From positions 2,656,001 through 2,720,000 of the forward strand of contig CBDIID010000003.1 in the NCBI GenBank assembly GCA_965279515.1: 64,000 nt of DNA, in the 5' to 3' direction. Of the stretch, positions 8,985-17,308 are shown piece after piece. A program made the position numbers and the translations under genes. The notes under the pieces are model-generated. The model was not told the DNA's origin. It did no database searches and saw nothing but the letters and a program-made list of their open reading frames with translations. Source of the stretch: Turneriella sp. GTDB lineage: Bacteria; Spirochaetota; Leptospiria; Turneriellales; Turneriellaceae. The number at the start of each line of letters is the position of its first letter. The stretch's first letter is position 1.

Positions 8985-10178
8985 TTATATCTGTTTCATT
9001 AACTGTTCGTATTCGAGGTCGAGATTAATACCCGCGTCTTCAGGGTATTTTGCTTTTGAGATGAACTTATCTGCTGCATAGAGCAGGTGCGCAAACTCCA
9101 CTTTCGTGGGGCGCTGGTTTTTAGCATCACGGAGAATCCAGATAACAGGCCGCATCGGCTTGCCCTTCACGGCATAGACAACCATGCCGATCGTGCCGTC
9201 TGACAACTCTACGATCGAACCCAGCGGGTAGATGGCATGAGAATCGAGAAAGGTCTTCAGGTATACCGGGTCATAGCGGTAGATTCCGAGCGTCAGCAAT
9301 TCTTTCATCGCATCATAGGGCAGGCGGTTTTTGCGGTAAGGCTTACGTGAGATGATGGCGCAGAACGAATCGATGATTGATGCCACGCGCGTGTATTCAG
9401 ACATCTCAGCACCCTTGATCTTACGCGGGTAGCCCGAGCCGTCAAAGTGTTCCTGGTGCTGCAGCGCCACCGAGGCAATGGTGTTCTTGATTTTGGCAAT
9501 CTGGGTAAGCATCTGGTAGCCATGCACCGGGTGCGCGTGGATAATCTGCAGTTCGGTTTCGTTTAGTTTCTCTGCCTTATCCAGAATCAGCTGCGGCACC
9601 TTGAGCATGCCGACGTCCATGAGCAGAATGGCAAAAACCTGTTCCACAATCTTCGGCCTTGAAAAGTCGAGGGCAATGCCCAGACGCACAGCATAGATCG
9701 AACAGGCGATCACATGCTTATAGGTATTTGGCTCCACGATATATTCGGCAACGAACAGCACAATGAGGGGGTTATCGGTGACGAGATTGGTGATCTCTTC
9801 GGCCTTGCTGCGCACGTCGTTGGAAACGGGGTTATTATTGCTATTGAGGCGCTCGTAAAAATTCTTGAGAATGCCCTCGGTCGCCGCGGTCAGCGAATTG
9901 AACGACGGCTTCATCTTGATGAGGTTCTTGAGTTCTTTCTTGATGTTCTCGATATCCAGCTTTTGCTGGCCATCCATGAACACGGCTTCATCTTTTTTCG
10001 AGGCATAGACCGGCTCGCCGTCAGACAAGACCTCGTCGATCTTCCATTTGGTCAAACGCTCGAGGTCACTCTGCGTAACTATGACGTTCGCCGCGGCGAG
10101 CATGTTCGTCGGGTCGATAAATACCGGTTTGGTAAAAGAAACCCCCGGACGCAATAGTTTGACCTGGTACCGGGTCAT
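8985..10178 (-). CDS. HD-GYP domain protein with degenerate HD dyad
   Basis: HQEHFDGSGYP and KPYRK motifs are present, but the canonical HDxGK reads MDVGM. Confidence 0.85.
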   Translation of the reverse strand: MTRYQVKLLRPGVSFTKPVFIDPTNMLAAANVIVTQSDLERLTKWKIDEVLSDGEPVYASKKDEAVFMDGQQKLDIENIKKELKNLIKMKPSFNSLTAATEGILKNFYERLNSNNNPVSNDVRSKAEEITNLVTDNPLIVLFVAEYIVEPNTYKHVIACSIYAVRLGIALDFSRPKIVEQVFAILLMDVGMLKVPQLILDKAEKLNETELQIIHAHPVHGYQMLTQIAKIKNTIASVALQHQEHFDGSGYPRKIKGAEMSEYTRVASIIDSFCAIISRKPYRKNRLPYDAMKELLTLGIYRYDPVYLKTFLDSHAIYPLGSIVELSDGTIGMVVYAVKGKPMRPVIWILRDAKNQRPTKVEFAHLLYAADKFISKAKYPEDAGINLDLEYEQLMKQI

Positions 10179-10229
10179 GGTTGATTTTCGGTTGTCCCTG
10201 TCGGAATTTCAAGCATATTATATAAAAGA

Positions 10230-10520
10230 TCAATCCGCTTGTTTTTTCTCATCGCTGAGAAGATACGCATAGATACGGGCCACAGCCAGATAAATCTCGC
10301 GCGGTATTTCTGTGTTCACTTTGACGGACTTCAGCGCCATCAGTAAACCCTCTTCCTGATCGGGCTTGATTTCGACGCCATGCTTGCGGGCAATTTCGAT
10401 CATGCGCCGGGCTGCGTCGCCCTCGGCATAGGCTTTGACCACAGGCGCACCGTCGCCCTTGTACTCCAGAGCGCAGGCTCTTAAGACGTTCTTAAGAGTG
10501 TCTGCGTTTTTACCGGCCAA
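10230..10520 (-). CDS. stand-alone FlhB C-terminal-like (EscU/YscU/HrcU family) protein
   Basis: ACALEY...APVVKA...ARRMIEIARKHGV...EIPREIYLAVARIYAYL. Confidence 0.8.
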   Translation of the reverse strand: MAGKNADTLKNVLRACALEYKGDGAPVVKAYAEGDAARRMIEIARKHGVEIKPDQEEGLLMALKSVKVNTEIPREIYLAVARIYAYLLSDEKKQAD

Positions 10521-10523
10521 GCG

Positions 10524-11081
10524 TTAGTTGACGAGACTTTTGACGGATTCGGGCCGCAACTTGGTGAAAATGTCGCGGCTTTCGTTGAAATCCTTAACGA
10601 TTTTGGAATTATCGACCTGGGCCTCGTTTTCGCCTTCGGGCATACCCGCCGGCTCAAACATACCTGCCGAGAGAATATTCTGAATCTGGATTTCTTTCTT
10701 GATGAGGTTATTGCGCAGGCTTGAGACGACTTGCGCGGCTTCACTCTTAAATTCGTCGATATTCTGCTGGTCACGCATTTCGAGCGCCACAGTGGGAAAC
10801 TGCTCGTTCATGAACCGTTTCAGCTCTTTTTGCCAGCTCGACCCTTCATTGACCTGATTGAGGAAACCCAGCTGAATCTGGCGCATCGAGATGCCCGTCT
10901 GCAGGTCGCGAATCTCTTGCTGCAGGCTTAAAACCTTGCTGCGCATAGAATCGACCGATACCTGCGGCTTGTTCTCGAGGCGGATCTCCCCCGTGCGTTC
11001 GGCGGTACCCGGTTCGCGGGTTTCGGCGTTGAGCTGTGCACTCTGCGCCCATTTGAGCATGTCGCTGCGCTTCACGTCCAT
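10524..11081 (-). CDS. hypothetical coiled-coil protein
   Basis: 185-aa ORF with normal codon usage, co-oriented with the next gene; TTGACA 29 nt upstream. Confidence 0.75.
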   Translation of the reverse strand: MDVKRSDMLKWAQSAQLNAETREPGTAERTGEIRLENKPQVSVDSMRSKVLSLQQEIRDLQTGISMRQIQLGFLNQVNEGSSWQKELKRFMNEQFPTVALEMRDQQNIDEFKSEAAQVVSSLRNNLIKKEIQIQNILSAGMFEPAGMPEGENEAQVDNSKIVKDFNESRDIFTKLRPESVKSLVN

Positions 11082-11193
11082 ACGGCTCTCATGGGGCAGT
11101 CCGTTCAGATTGTCAATCGTTTAGCGCCGAGGCACATGCCTGAGCCTATTCATGTTGACGGTGTGTCTCAAATACCCTTTTCGACTGCTACGG

Positions 11194-11265
11194 CGGGATG
11201 TAGCGCAGTGGTAGCGCACTTGCTTTGGGAGCAAGGGGTCGTTGGTTCAAATCCAATCATCCCGA
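11194..11265 (+). tRNA. tRNA-Pro(TGG)
   Basis: Cloverleaf; anticodon arm CTTGC-TT-TGG-GA-GCAAG; T-loop GGTTCAAATCC; CCA not encoded. Confidence 0.95.
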
Positions 11266-11288
11266 AATTAGTTCGGACTCTGGGGCAA

Positions 11289-11344
11289 GCGCACGTTGCC
11301 CCAGAGATAGTCGAAGCCTGTGTGCCAGCTTCGCTCCGTGCGCA
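11289..11344 (+). repeat. tRNA-Arg acceptor-stem mimic
   Basis: Starts GCGCACGT and ends CGTGCGCA, the same ends as tRNA-Arg 5 nt downstream; interior TCGAAGC...GCCAGCTTCGCT. Confidence 0.6.
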
Positions 11345-11349
11345 CAAGA

Positions 11350-11423
<74 letters not shown>

Positions 11424-11427
11424 AAAC

Positions 11428-11565
11428 GGTGGTCGTAGCATCGAAGACGCTCGCAACTGGCGAGCCAGCTTCGCTAGCGACCACCAAACACGGTGGTCGT
11501 AGCACCGAAGACGGTGGCGTCAGCGCCTCTGTCTCAGAGACCGAAGACGGTCACAGCTGGTAGAG
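11428..11565 (+). repeat. two partial tRNA-His-like copies
   Basis: GGTGGTCGTAGC (tRNA-His 5' end) at 11428 and 11492. The first is closed by CGACCACC (11478-11485). The second is followed by ACCGAAGACGGT twice and then a D-arm remnant CAGCTGGTAGAG. Confidence 0.65.
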
Positions 11566-11590
11566 ACCAGTTTGTTCTACGATAAAACAC

Positions 11591-11664
11591 GGTGGTCGTA
11601 GCTCAGCTGGTAGAGCGTCAGATTGTGATTCTGAATGTCGCGGGTTCAACCCCCGTCGATCACC
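11591..11664 (+). tRNA. tRNA-His(GTG)
   Basis: G-1 and C73 present; TCAGA-TT-GTG-AT-TCTGA anticodon arm; GGTTCAACCCC. Confidence 0.95.
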
Positions 11665-11667
11665 CAT

Positions 11668-11799
11668 AGGTTCCTTAAAAACGCATGATGAATAGTTCAT
11701 GCGAACGAGTGCCGCCGAAAGCAGGCGTCCTCGCCGCTTTAGCAGCACATTGCTGAAAGCAATGTGCGAGGCTTTTGGCGGCAACGTTTTTGGGAACCT
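11668..11799. ncRNA. candidate structured RNA or palindromic element
   Basis: Nested stems: 11668-83/11785-99, GCATGA/TCATGC, 11710-22/11771-83, and a perfect 10-bp hairpin at 11745-67. Confidence 0.4.
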
Positions 11800-11842
11800 C
11801 GCAGCATTCGCTCTTGCCAAAAGCAAAAGCGTTTACGCGACA

Positions 11843-11924
11843 GCGAGCGTGGTGAAACTGGTAGACACGCGGGATTTAGGTTCCCGTGCCGCAAGGTGTG
11901 GGGGTTCAAGTCCCTCCGCTCGCA
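11843..11924 (+). tRNA. tRNA-Leu(TAG)
   Basis: CGGGA-TT-TAG-GT-TCCCG anticodon arm, long variable arm, GGTTCAAGTCC. Confidence 0.95.
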
Positions 11925-11959
11925 CAGTGAGCCCGACTCACTTTAAAGAAACGACCCAC

Positions 11960-12031
11960 GCGGGAATAGCTCAGTGGTAGAGCATCTCCTTGCCAAGGAG
12001 AGGGTCGTGGGTTCAAGTCCCATTTCCCGCT
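11960..12031 (+). tRNA. tRNA-Gly(GCC)
   Basis: TCTCC-TT-GCC-AA-GGAGA anticodon arm; GGTTCAAGTCC. Confidence 0.95.
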
Positions 12032-12041
12032 CATGTTTTTC

Positions 12042-12064
12042 AAGGGGGTACTGCGTACCCCCTT
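12042..12064. other. perfect hairpin after the tRNA cluster (REP-like or terminator-like)
   Basis: AAGGGGGTAC tgc GTACCCCCTT. Confidence 0.5.
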
Positions 12065-12075
12065 AAACCCCCGCC

Positions 12076-13473
12076 ATGCATAGAATTTTAGGTATCTGCT
12101 TGCTGGTCTGCTTCTGCGCAAAATCGGAAAAGCGCAGCGATCTCATCACTATACCGCTCAAATACCGCGCAGAAATTTTAGATCCGCTCTTTGCCGTCGA
12201 CGAATCGACCGTGTTGGTTGTGAATTTTCTCCACCGCCGGCTCTATAGTTATTCACCCGATGGAAAACTCGAAGCCGACCTCGCCCTGGGTGAAATGCAA
12301 ACGGGACGGCGCGTGATCATTCAACTCAAAGGCGGCGGGCCGACTGCCGATGACGTCGTCTATGCGCTACACCGAGTGCAGAAAGATGCCAACCAGGCAT
12401 GGGTGATGGAGCAGATCAAAACGGTGCGCCGGCTCGACGCGTATTCAATCGAAATCACTTTGTCTGAATCACCGCGGCCCGCTGCGACTGACTGGCAGCT
12501 GGCGAAAATTAAACTCACGCTGCCGCAGTGCGCCATCTTCCACGCCAAAGAGCATGCGGCCGACAAAAGTTTCATCCCTTTTTCACGCTATCGCATCGCC
12601 GAACAAACCGGTGATCGTATCCTTTTTTCGACGACCGACCACTCGCCGCAGCTCGAATTTCTCGCCATGCCCGATGAGACGGCCCGCTATTTTGCCTTCC
12701 GCGAGGCGAGGCTCGACGCCTATGAGGCGCTGGGCATCCACCGCAAAATGCCCTACGATGCCGCTATCTATGAACCGCAGACCATGTACGACCTCGTCGT
12801 GCTCTACGGGGCTTTTAACGTGGCTGAACCCTCGGCACTGGCACAGCCAGGCCTGAGGCGGGCCTTAAACCTGGCCTTTAACCGCAATTTGCTGTGCGAA
12901 AAAACACTGCTGGGTGCCTGCGCCGGTGCGGATTACCCCGTGCCTGCGGTGCTATCTCCCGCGCCGCGGCCTGCCTTCCCCGAGACCGGTTCTTACCGCA
13001 TTCCCGCAACGCCTGAGACAGTGACGCTTTTTACGCTCAGTGACAAGGAACGCGTTCTTATTGCGGAATACATGCGCGACGTTTTTGCGAGGTTCAACAT
13101 CCGCCTCGAATTTCGTATCGTCGATCTGCCGAGTATGGTGCGCGAAAGCAACAAGGGCACACGCGGTATCTACCTCATGAAATGGTCGGGGGATTACCCC
13201 CATGCAGAAAACTTTCTCGTGCCGCTTTTCCATTCGCGCAACGCGGGCATCGGTGGCAACCGGGCGCACATCAAGGACAAAATGCTCGATACGATGCTCG
13301 ACCGCTCGAGTTATTCGGTGGAAGATGTCGAAAAAATTCAGCAGCGCTTGCGGTATCTCTCGCCCTGGCTCTTCATCGGCTTCCAGAATATGCAGTACTA
13401 CCGGTTGAAAAAGTCGCGGCTAAGAATCCCGCAGATTTTTGCAGGCTGGGGCGAGCGCACGGTCTCAAATTAA
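12076..13473 (+). CDS. ABC transporter substrate-binding lipoprotein (family 5, Opp/Dpp-like)
   Basis: Lipoprotein-like N-terminus; TADDVVYAL, LRRALNLAFNR, WSGDYPHAENFLVPLFHS motifs. Confidence 0.85.
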   Translation: MHRILGICLLVCFCAKSEKRSDLITIPLKYRAEILDPLFAVDESTVLVVNFLHRRLYSYSPDGKLEADLALGEMQTGRRVIIQLKGGGPTADDVVYALHRVQKDANQAWVMEQIKTVRRLDAYSIEITLSESPRPAATDWQLAKIKLTLPQCAIFHAKEHAADKSFIPFSRYRIAEQTGDRILFSTTDHSPQLEFLAMPDETARYFAFREARLDAYEALGIHRKMPYDAAIYEPQTMYDLVVLYGAFNVAEPSALAQPGLRRALNLAFNRNLLCEKTLLGACAGADYPVPAVLSPAPRPAFPETGSYRIPATPETVTLFTLSDKERVLIAEYMRDVFARFNIRLEFRIVDLPSMVRESNKGTRGIYLMKWSGDYPHAENFLVPLFHSRNAGIGGNRAHIKDKMLDTMLDRSSYSVEDVEKIQQRLRYLSPWLFIGFQNMQYYRLKKSRLRIPQIFAGWGERTVSN

Positions 13474-13489
13474 TAACAGTCTTGCCTGC

Positions 13490-13595
13490 TCCACGCCTAA
13501 GACGGATGGCGTCCCGGCCTGCGGCCGTCGGGCTGCTCCGGGCTCCGCTGGCGCTGCGGTCGCTAACGCGACCAAGCCCTGCGCATCCCTAACGC
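13490..13595. repeat. GC-rich multi-hairpin REP/MITE-like element
   Basis: Serial short hairpins (GGCC-TGC-GGCC; GGTCGC-TAAC-GCGACC) between convergent genes at the edge of the cassette array. Confidence 0.4.
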
Positions 13596-13620
13596 ATACA
13601 TTCAGATTATCCCTCTCGCC

Positions 13621-14058
13621 TTACCACCTGGCGCCCACCAACACGGCCAAGGCATTCCGCTCGATGTCCGCATCGGAAACCCGCCGGCGCTTCCCCGACA
13701 CCAGCCGCGAACGAAAGATGCCCGTCACATCGTCTTGAAAGTAGCGCAGCTCGGCAGAAAAGCGTTCTTCTGCTGGTGCCAGCCCGTAGCGCCGCCACTT
13801 GCGGCTCGCATCGATGCAGTAAAGGTGCCACTTGCCGTCTTCGTACGAAAACTTCGCCGCGTCGCGGCCGGTCAAATCGCCGTTCTCCGCCACGAACTCT
13901 TCCGCGATGACAAACGTGTTACCGCGCCTGAACCAGTAGATGCGGTCCTCTGCCTTGCCACGTCTTTTCTTTTGCGCATGTTGCACGTACGCGTCGAGTT
14001 GTGCGGAGACAATCGCCAAGAGATCCGCTGAAATAGTTGGTCGAAAAAAAGTTAGCAT
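13621..14058 (-). CDS. DUF3024-like protein (copy a)
   Basis: AKFSYEDGKWHLYCIDASRKWRRY...DDVTGIF matches the DUF3024 pattern (WxLY...RWxxY...DxTGIF). Confidence 0.7.
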   Translation of the reverse strand: MLTFFRPTISADLLAIVSAQLDAYVQHAQKKRRGKAEDRIYWFRRGNTFVIAEEFVAENGDLTGRDAAKFSYEDGKWHLYCIDASRKWRRYGLAPAEERFSAELRYFQDDVTGIFRSRLVSGKRRRVSDADIERNALAVLVGARW

Positions 14059-14078
14059 CAGCGATCTTCCGTTTTTCG

Positions 14079-14348
14079 CTACTTCGGCAAAGGAATCGCC
14101 CCGAACTGTTTTTCGTAGCCGGCCATTTGCTCCGTCAAAATCCTGGCAAGCATCACCGCCGTCTGCGGGCTGAGGCGCAGGTTCAATGCGCCCTTGAGTT
14201 CATTCTTCGAGCTGACCAGCATGGCGCTGAGTTCGACTTCGAAGGCATTGACGTTCACCTGGATCGTGTTCGCGTAGAATTCGGGAATTTGCTGCGCGGG
14301 TGGTTGGGGCTCATGGTCTGTTGTTCTGCGTTTGGGGGTTGTACTCAT
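14079..14348 (-). CDS. DUF3467-like protein (copy a)
   Basis: FYAN..V....FEVEL...LSPQTA..L..IL......YEKQFGAI pattern; about 90% aa identity to 15563-15829. Confidence 0.75.
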   Translation of the reverse strand: MSTTPKRRTTDHEPQPPAQQIPEFYANTIQVNVNAFEVELSAMLVSSKNELKGALNLRLSPQTAVMLARILTEQMAGYEKQFGAIPLPK

Positions 14349-14355
14349 TTTTACC

Positions 14356-15072
14356 TCAGGGTTTCACCAGCTTACCTGCCGGTGTATTGAATTTTGGATC
14401 GGGATTTTTGTCAGTGCTCAGGATATCAAATGCGGTTTGGCCTTTAGCATTTTTGAGGCCTTTATCCGCTCCCTGCTTCAGTAAAAGCCTGATAATCTGT
14501 ATATTGCGGGGAAAAGCTTCAAATGTAATCGGTTTCACCGCAGACATGAGCGCTGTCTCTCCGTCCTTATCCTGATAGTTTGCCGGTGCTCCCATTTTTA
14601 AAAGCTTTTCCGTGACTTGTGGATAACTGCTTCCAGCGGCGGTGACCAAAAGGTCGCCTGCGTCCGGTTCGTTGAAATATCCCTCAGGTAATTGCGGGAT
14701 CAGGTACTGCGCAACGGCTTCACAATCTTTGTAGGGTTTACGGTCTGCATAAATAACAACGATACCTCCCTTGCCCAATGCAATCCGAAGAGGAATTCGC
14801 CCGCGCCCATCCTTTTCATTCAACAAAAGTCCTTTTGAAACCAGAAACTTCAGCATCGGTAAATTGCATTCCTCTGCAGCGATATGGGCCGCCGTGCTGC
14901 CATTGGGTGTTTTAGCGTTCACGTCAATACCCGCTTCGAGATTTTTTTTAACGATATCCAACTGCCCTTGATGGACGGCTTTTATGTATTCATATTCAGG
15001 GGGCCGGTCTCCCGCGAACGCGGTGCTCATTACCGCGAAGAAAACAACTAAAAATGGCATGCATCGATTCAT
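14356..15072 (-). CDS. exported ankyrin-repeat protein (immunity-like)
   Basis: Signal peptide; ankyrin repeats (GSTAAHIAA, GRIPLRIAL, GETALMSAV, GQTAFD); AAGGAG SD. Confidence 0.85.
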   Translation of the reverse strand: MNRCMPFLVVFFAVMSTAFAGDRPPEYEYIKAVHQGQLDIVKKNLEAGIDVNAKTPNGSTAAHIAAEECNLPMLKFLVSKGLLLNEKDGRGRIPLRIALGKGGIVVIYADRKPYKDCEAVAQYLIPQLPEGYFNEPDAGDLLVTAAGSSYPQVTEKLLKMGAPANYQDKDGETALMSAVKPITFEAFPRNIQIIRLLLKQGADKGLKNAKGQTAFDILSTDKNPDPKFNTPAGKLVKP

Positions 15073-15151
15073 ATTGACTCCTTAAATGGTCAGACTTTTA
15101 TACTAATACGTGCGAAACGGGTTGTTCATATGCAATAATTTCCGCCTGTCT

Positions 15152-15183
15152 ACCCCTCCCCATTGACATGGAGAGAGGTGGGG
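15152..15183. repeat. REP-like hairpin
   Basis: ACCCCTCCCCAT tgac ATGGAGAGAGGTGGGG directly after the DUF3024-b stop. Confidence 0.5.
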
Positions 15184-15549
15184 TTAGCCACGAAAGATGC
15201 CGGTCTCGTCCGCAAGCCAATGCCTGAAAACAGCATCAAAGCCCTTCTCCGTCTTCGCCGGCACATACCTTCGCCAGGTACGGCTCGCATCCAGACAGTA
15301 GAGCAGCCAAAAGCCGTTGTCGAACTCGAACTTGCCCGAGTCGCGCCGGGTTAATTGGCCGTCTTGTGTGACAAACTCTTCGGAAAGTATCACCGTCTTG
15401 CCCTTCCGTGCCCAGAAGAACCTGCTTGGTATTTCTTCATCATCCGCGGTGTTTTTGCGCTTTTTCTCTACCTGCTTACAATACGCTTCCAGCCGTTTCA
15501 TCGCATCGGCGAAGGCTTCTTTCGGAATTGCGGGCGCGAACAGTTGCAT
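15184..15549 (-). CDS. DUF3024-like protein (copy b)
   Basis: FWLLYCLDASRTWRRY...ADETGIFRG; paralogue of 13621-14058. Confidence 0.75.
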   Translation of the reverse strand: MQLFAPAIPKEAFADAMKRLEAYCKQVEKKRKNTADDEEIPSRFFWARKGKTVILSEEFVTQDGQLTRRDSGKFEFDNGFWLLYCLDASRTWRRYVPAKTEKGFDAVFRHWLADETGIFRG

Positions 15550-15562
15550 GGGTTACCTCTGC

Positions 15563-15829
15563 TTACTTTGGCAGCGGAATCGCCCCGAACTGCTTCTCAT
15601 ACCCCGCCATCTGCTCTGTCAGAATCTTGCCCAGCATCAGCGCCGTCTGCGGGCTCAGCCGCAGGTTGAGTGCGCCCTTGAGCTCGTTTTTCGAGCTCAC
15701 CAGCATGGCGCCGAGTTCGACTTCGAAAGCGTTGACGTTCACCTGAACTGTGTTCGCGTAGAATTCGGGGATGGGTTGGGCGGGGGGGTGGGGTTCGTGG
15801 TCGGTTTTGCGGCGTTTGGGAGTACTCAT
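15563..15829 (-). CDS. DUF3467-like protein (copy b)
   Basis: Near-identical to 14079-14348. Confidence 0.75.
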   Translation of the reverse strand: MSTPKRRKTDHEPHPPAQPIPEFYANTVQVNVNAFEVELGAMLVSSKNELKGALNLRLSPQTALMLGKILTEQMAGYEKQFGAIPLPK

Positions 15830-15841
15830 CCTGCTTACTTT

Positions 15842-16411
15842 TTATTTTCCTTTTGTTTTGGCGGCTTTGCCCGTTGCCTTCGGCCCAGTTTCAGCGGCAG
15901 CCATGACGATCACAGGCTTTAGATCTGCATCCTGTGTAGGCCAATCGCCGATAGGCCAAGCAATGATCGGGAGAATAGGCACAATAACACCTAGGATTAC
16001 CATACCAACACTTAAGGATTTTTCAGGCACTTCAAAATTTAATTTTGTGGTCTTATTTTCTTCTATGTCAACTGCGAAGAGATAATTTGCGTAAACGTAT
16101 CTGTAGCCAATCCGAAACGGTCTCGAAATTTCCCGGCGCACCTGAAGAATTAACTGGCGTTTACCCGCTTTCATAGGGATCTTATATGCTTCATCATCGC
16201 CGAAGCCATCTTTAATCAGCGCTTCACCGTCGGCATGCAATAAGACCTGCCATTTCTCATCGTAACCGTCGATCTGTTTCCCATTAGGAAGTTTGATTTC
16301 CAGCATGCCGTGCGGCTGTGCTGTGATTGCCTTTTGTTTTTCCTCCGACATGCGGTAGGTAGCGCATTGTAGCATGGTTAGACCTGCTATTAAGATCAGA
16401 AACTTCTTCAT
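15842..16411 (-). CDS. hypothetical lipoprotein with C-terminal hydrophobic segment
   Basis: MKKFLILIAGLTMLQC lipobox-like N-terminus; GGAG SD. Confidence 0.75.
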   Translation of the reverse strand: MKKFLILIAGLTMLQCATYRMSEEKQKAITAQPHGMLEIKLPNGKQIDGYDEKWQVLLHADGEALIKDGFGDDEAYKIPMKAGKRQLILQVRREISRPFRIGYRYVYANYLFAVDIEENKTTKLNFEVPEKSLSVGMVILGVIVPILPIIAWPIGDWPTQDADLKPVIVMAAAETGPKATGKAAKTKGK

Positions 16412-16453
16412 CTAATTCTCCGTTGGTTTGTATATTTGTATCTTATGATACCG

Positions 16454-16645
16454 TTAGGTTTGGGCTGGCATCAGACGCAGGTTCAGTGCGCCCTTGAGCT
16501 CGTTTTTGGAGCTCACCAGCATGGCGCTGAGTTCGACTTCGAAGGCGTTGACGTTCACCTGGATCGTGTTCGCGTAGAATTCGGGGATTTGTTGCGCGGG
16601 TGGTTGCGGCTCGTGATCGGTTTTGCGGCGTTTGGGGGTGCTCAT
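16454..16645 (-). pseudogene. truncated DUF3467-like protein (copy c)
   Basis: Matches copies a and b through ...GALNLRL, then diverges and stops, losing the C-terminal helix of about 30 aa. Confidence 0.75.
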
Positions 16646-16675
16646 GCTTATTTTTTTCCTTTCTTATTTCGAAAA

Positions 16676-16879
16676 TTATTCAGGGAATACATAGTTTTTT
16701 ATTTTAGGTTCCAGTGCTTTTTTTACATTCTCTGGATTTTCCTCGTATGCTATAAATTTATGTCCTTTTTCTCTTAGGAATTTTATTACTTTCTTTCGCG
16801 CCGCATAGTGCTCCCGCATACGGGGTTTTTTCTGTTGCATTTCTTCACCGTTCGGCCATTTGAATTTCATGATTTTCAA
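16676..16879 (-). CDS. small basic hypothetical protein or gene fragment
   Basis: 67-aa AT-rich ORF overlapping the upstream ORF. Confidence 0.4.
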   Translation of the reverse strand: MKIMKFKWPNGEEMQQKKPRMREHYAARKKVIKFLREKGHKFIAYEENPENVKKALEPKIKNYVFPE

Positions 16880-17285
16880 TTAGAAAATTCAAGGAATGTT
16901 TGAATTTCTCCGTCTGGTCCAAGCCAAACGCCTTATAGTTAAGCTTAATTTGCAGATTCCAAAATACTCGATCGCTCATGCACACCGATGCCGTTAAAGG
17001 GAAAGTGATGGAGACACCCGTCACCGCCGCCGTCGAGCGAAACATGGATTTTCTCACGTTAGTTTCTGTTTCTGGCACACCACAGGATAGCGAAATCAGC
17101 TGCGACTGGGGTTGCTGCACATATAATTCAGTTTCAACGTCTTGCACAATGAATTGACGAAAATCTGACCCCCTACGTAACCATTTAATCATATGGGAAA
17201 TTGAATCAGCAGATTCAAAACCGGTAATCTCTACAACATGATTAGCGTGTTGGGAAATAATTTGGGTGACTTTTGAGTTATTCAA
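16845..17285 (-). CDS. hypothetical protein (possible orphan immunity protein)
   Basis: 146-aa AT-rich ORF; TTG start with GGAGGG SD; follows the immunity candidate. Confidence 0.6.
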   Translation of the reverse strand: MNNSKVTQIISQHANHVVEITGFESADSISHMIKWLRRGSDFRQFIVQDVETELYVQQPQSQLISLSCGVPETETNVRKSMFRSTAAVTGVSITFPLTASVCMSDRVFWNLQIKLNYKAFGLDQTEKFKHSLNFLIENHEIQMAER

Positions 17286-17308
17286 TGAAAACCCTCCGAT
17301 TTCCTTAA

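Noticed and set aside
11424..11603. Three GGTGGTCGTAGC repeats as a mini CRISPR array
   Set aside because: The repeat is a tRNA-His 5' end, spacing is unequal, and there are no cas genes.
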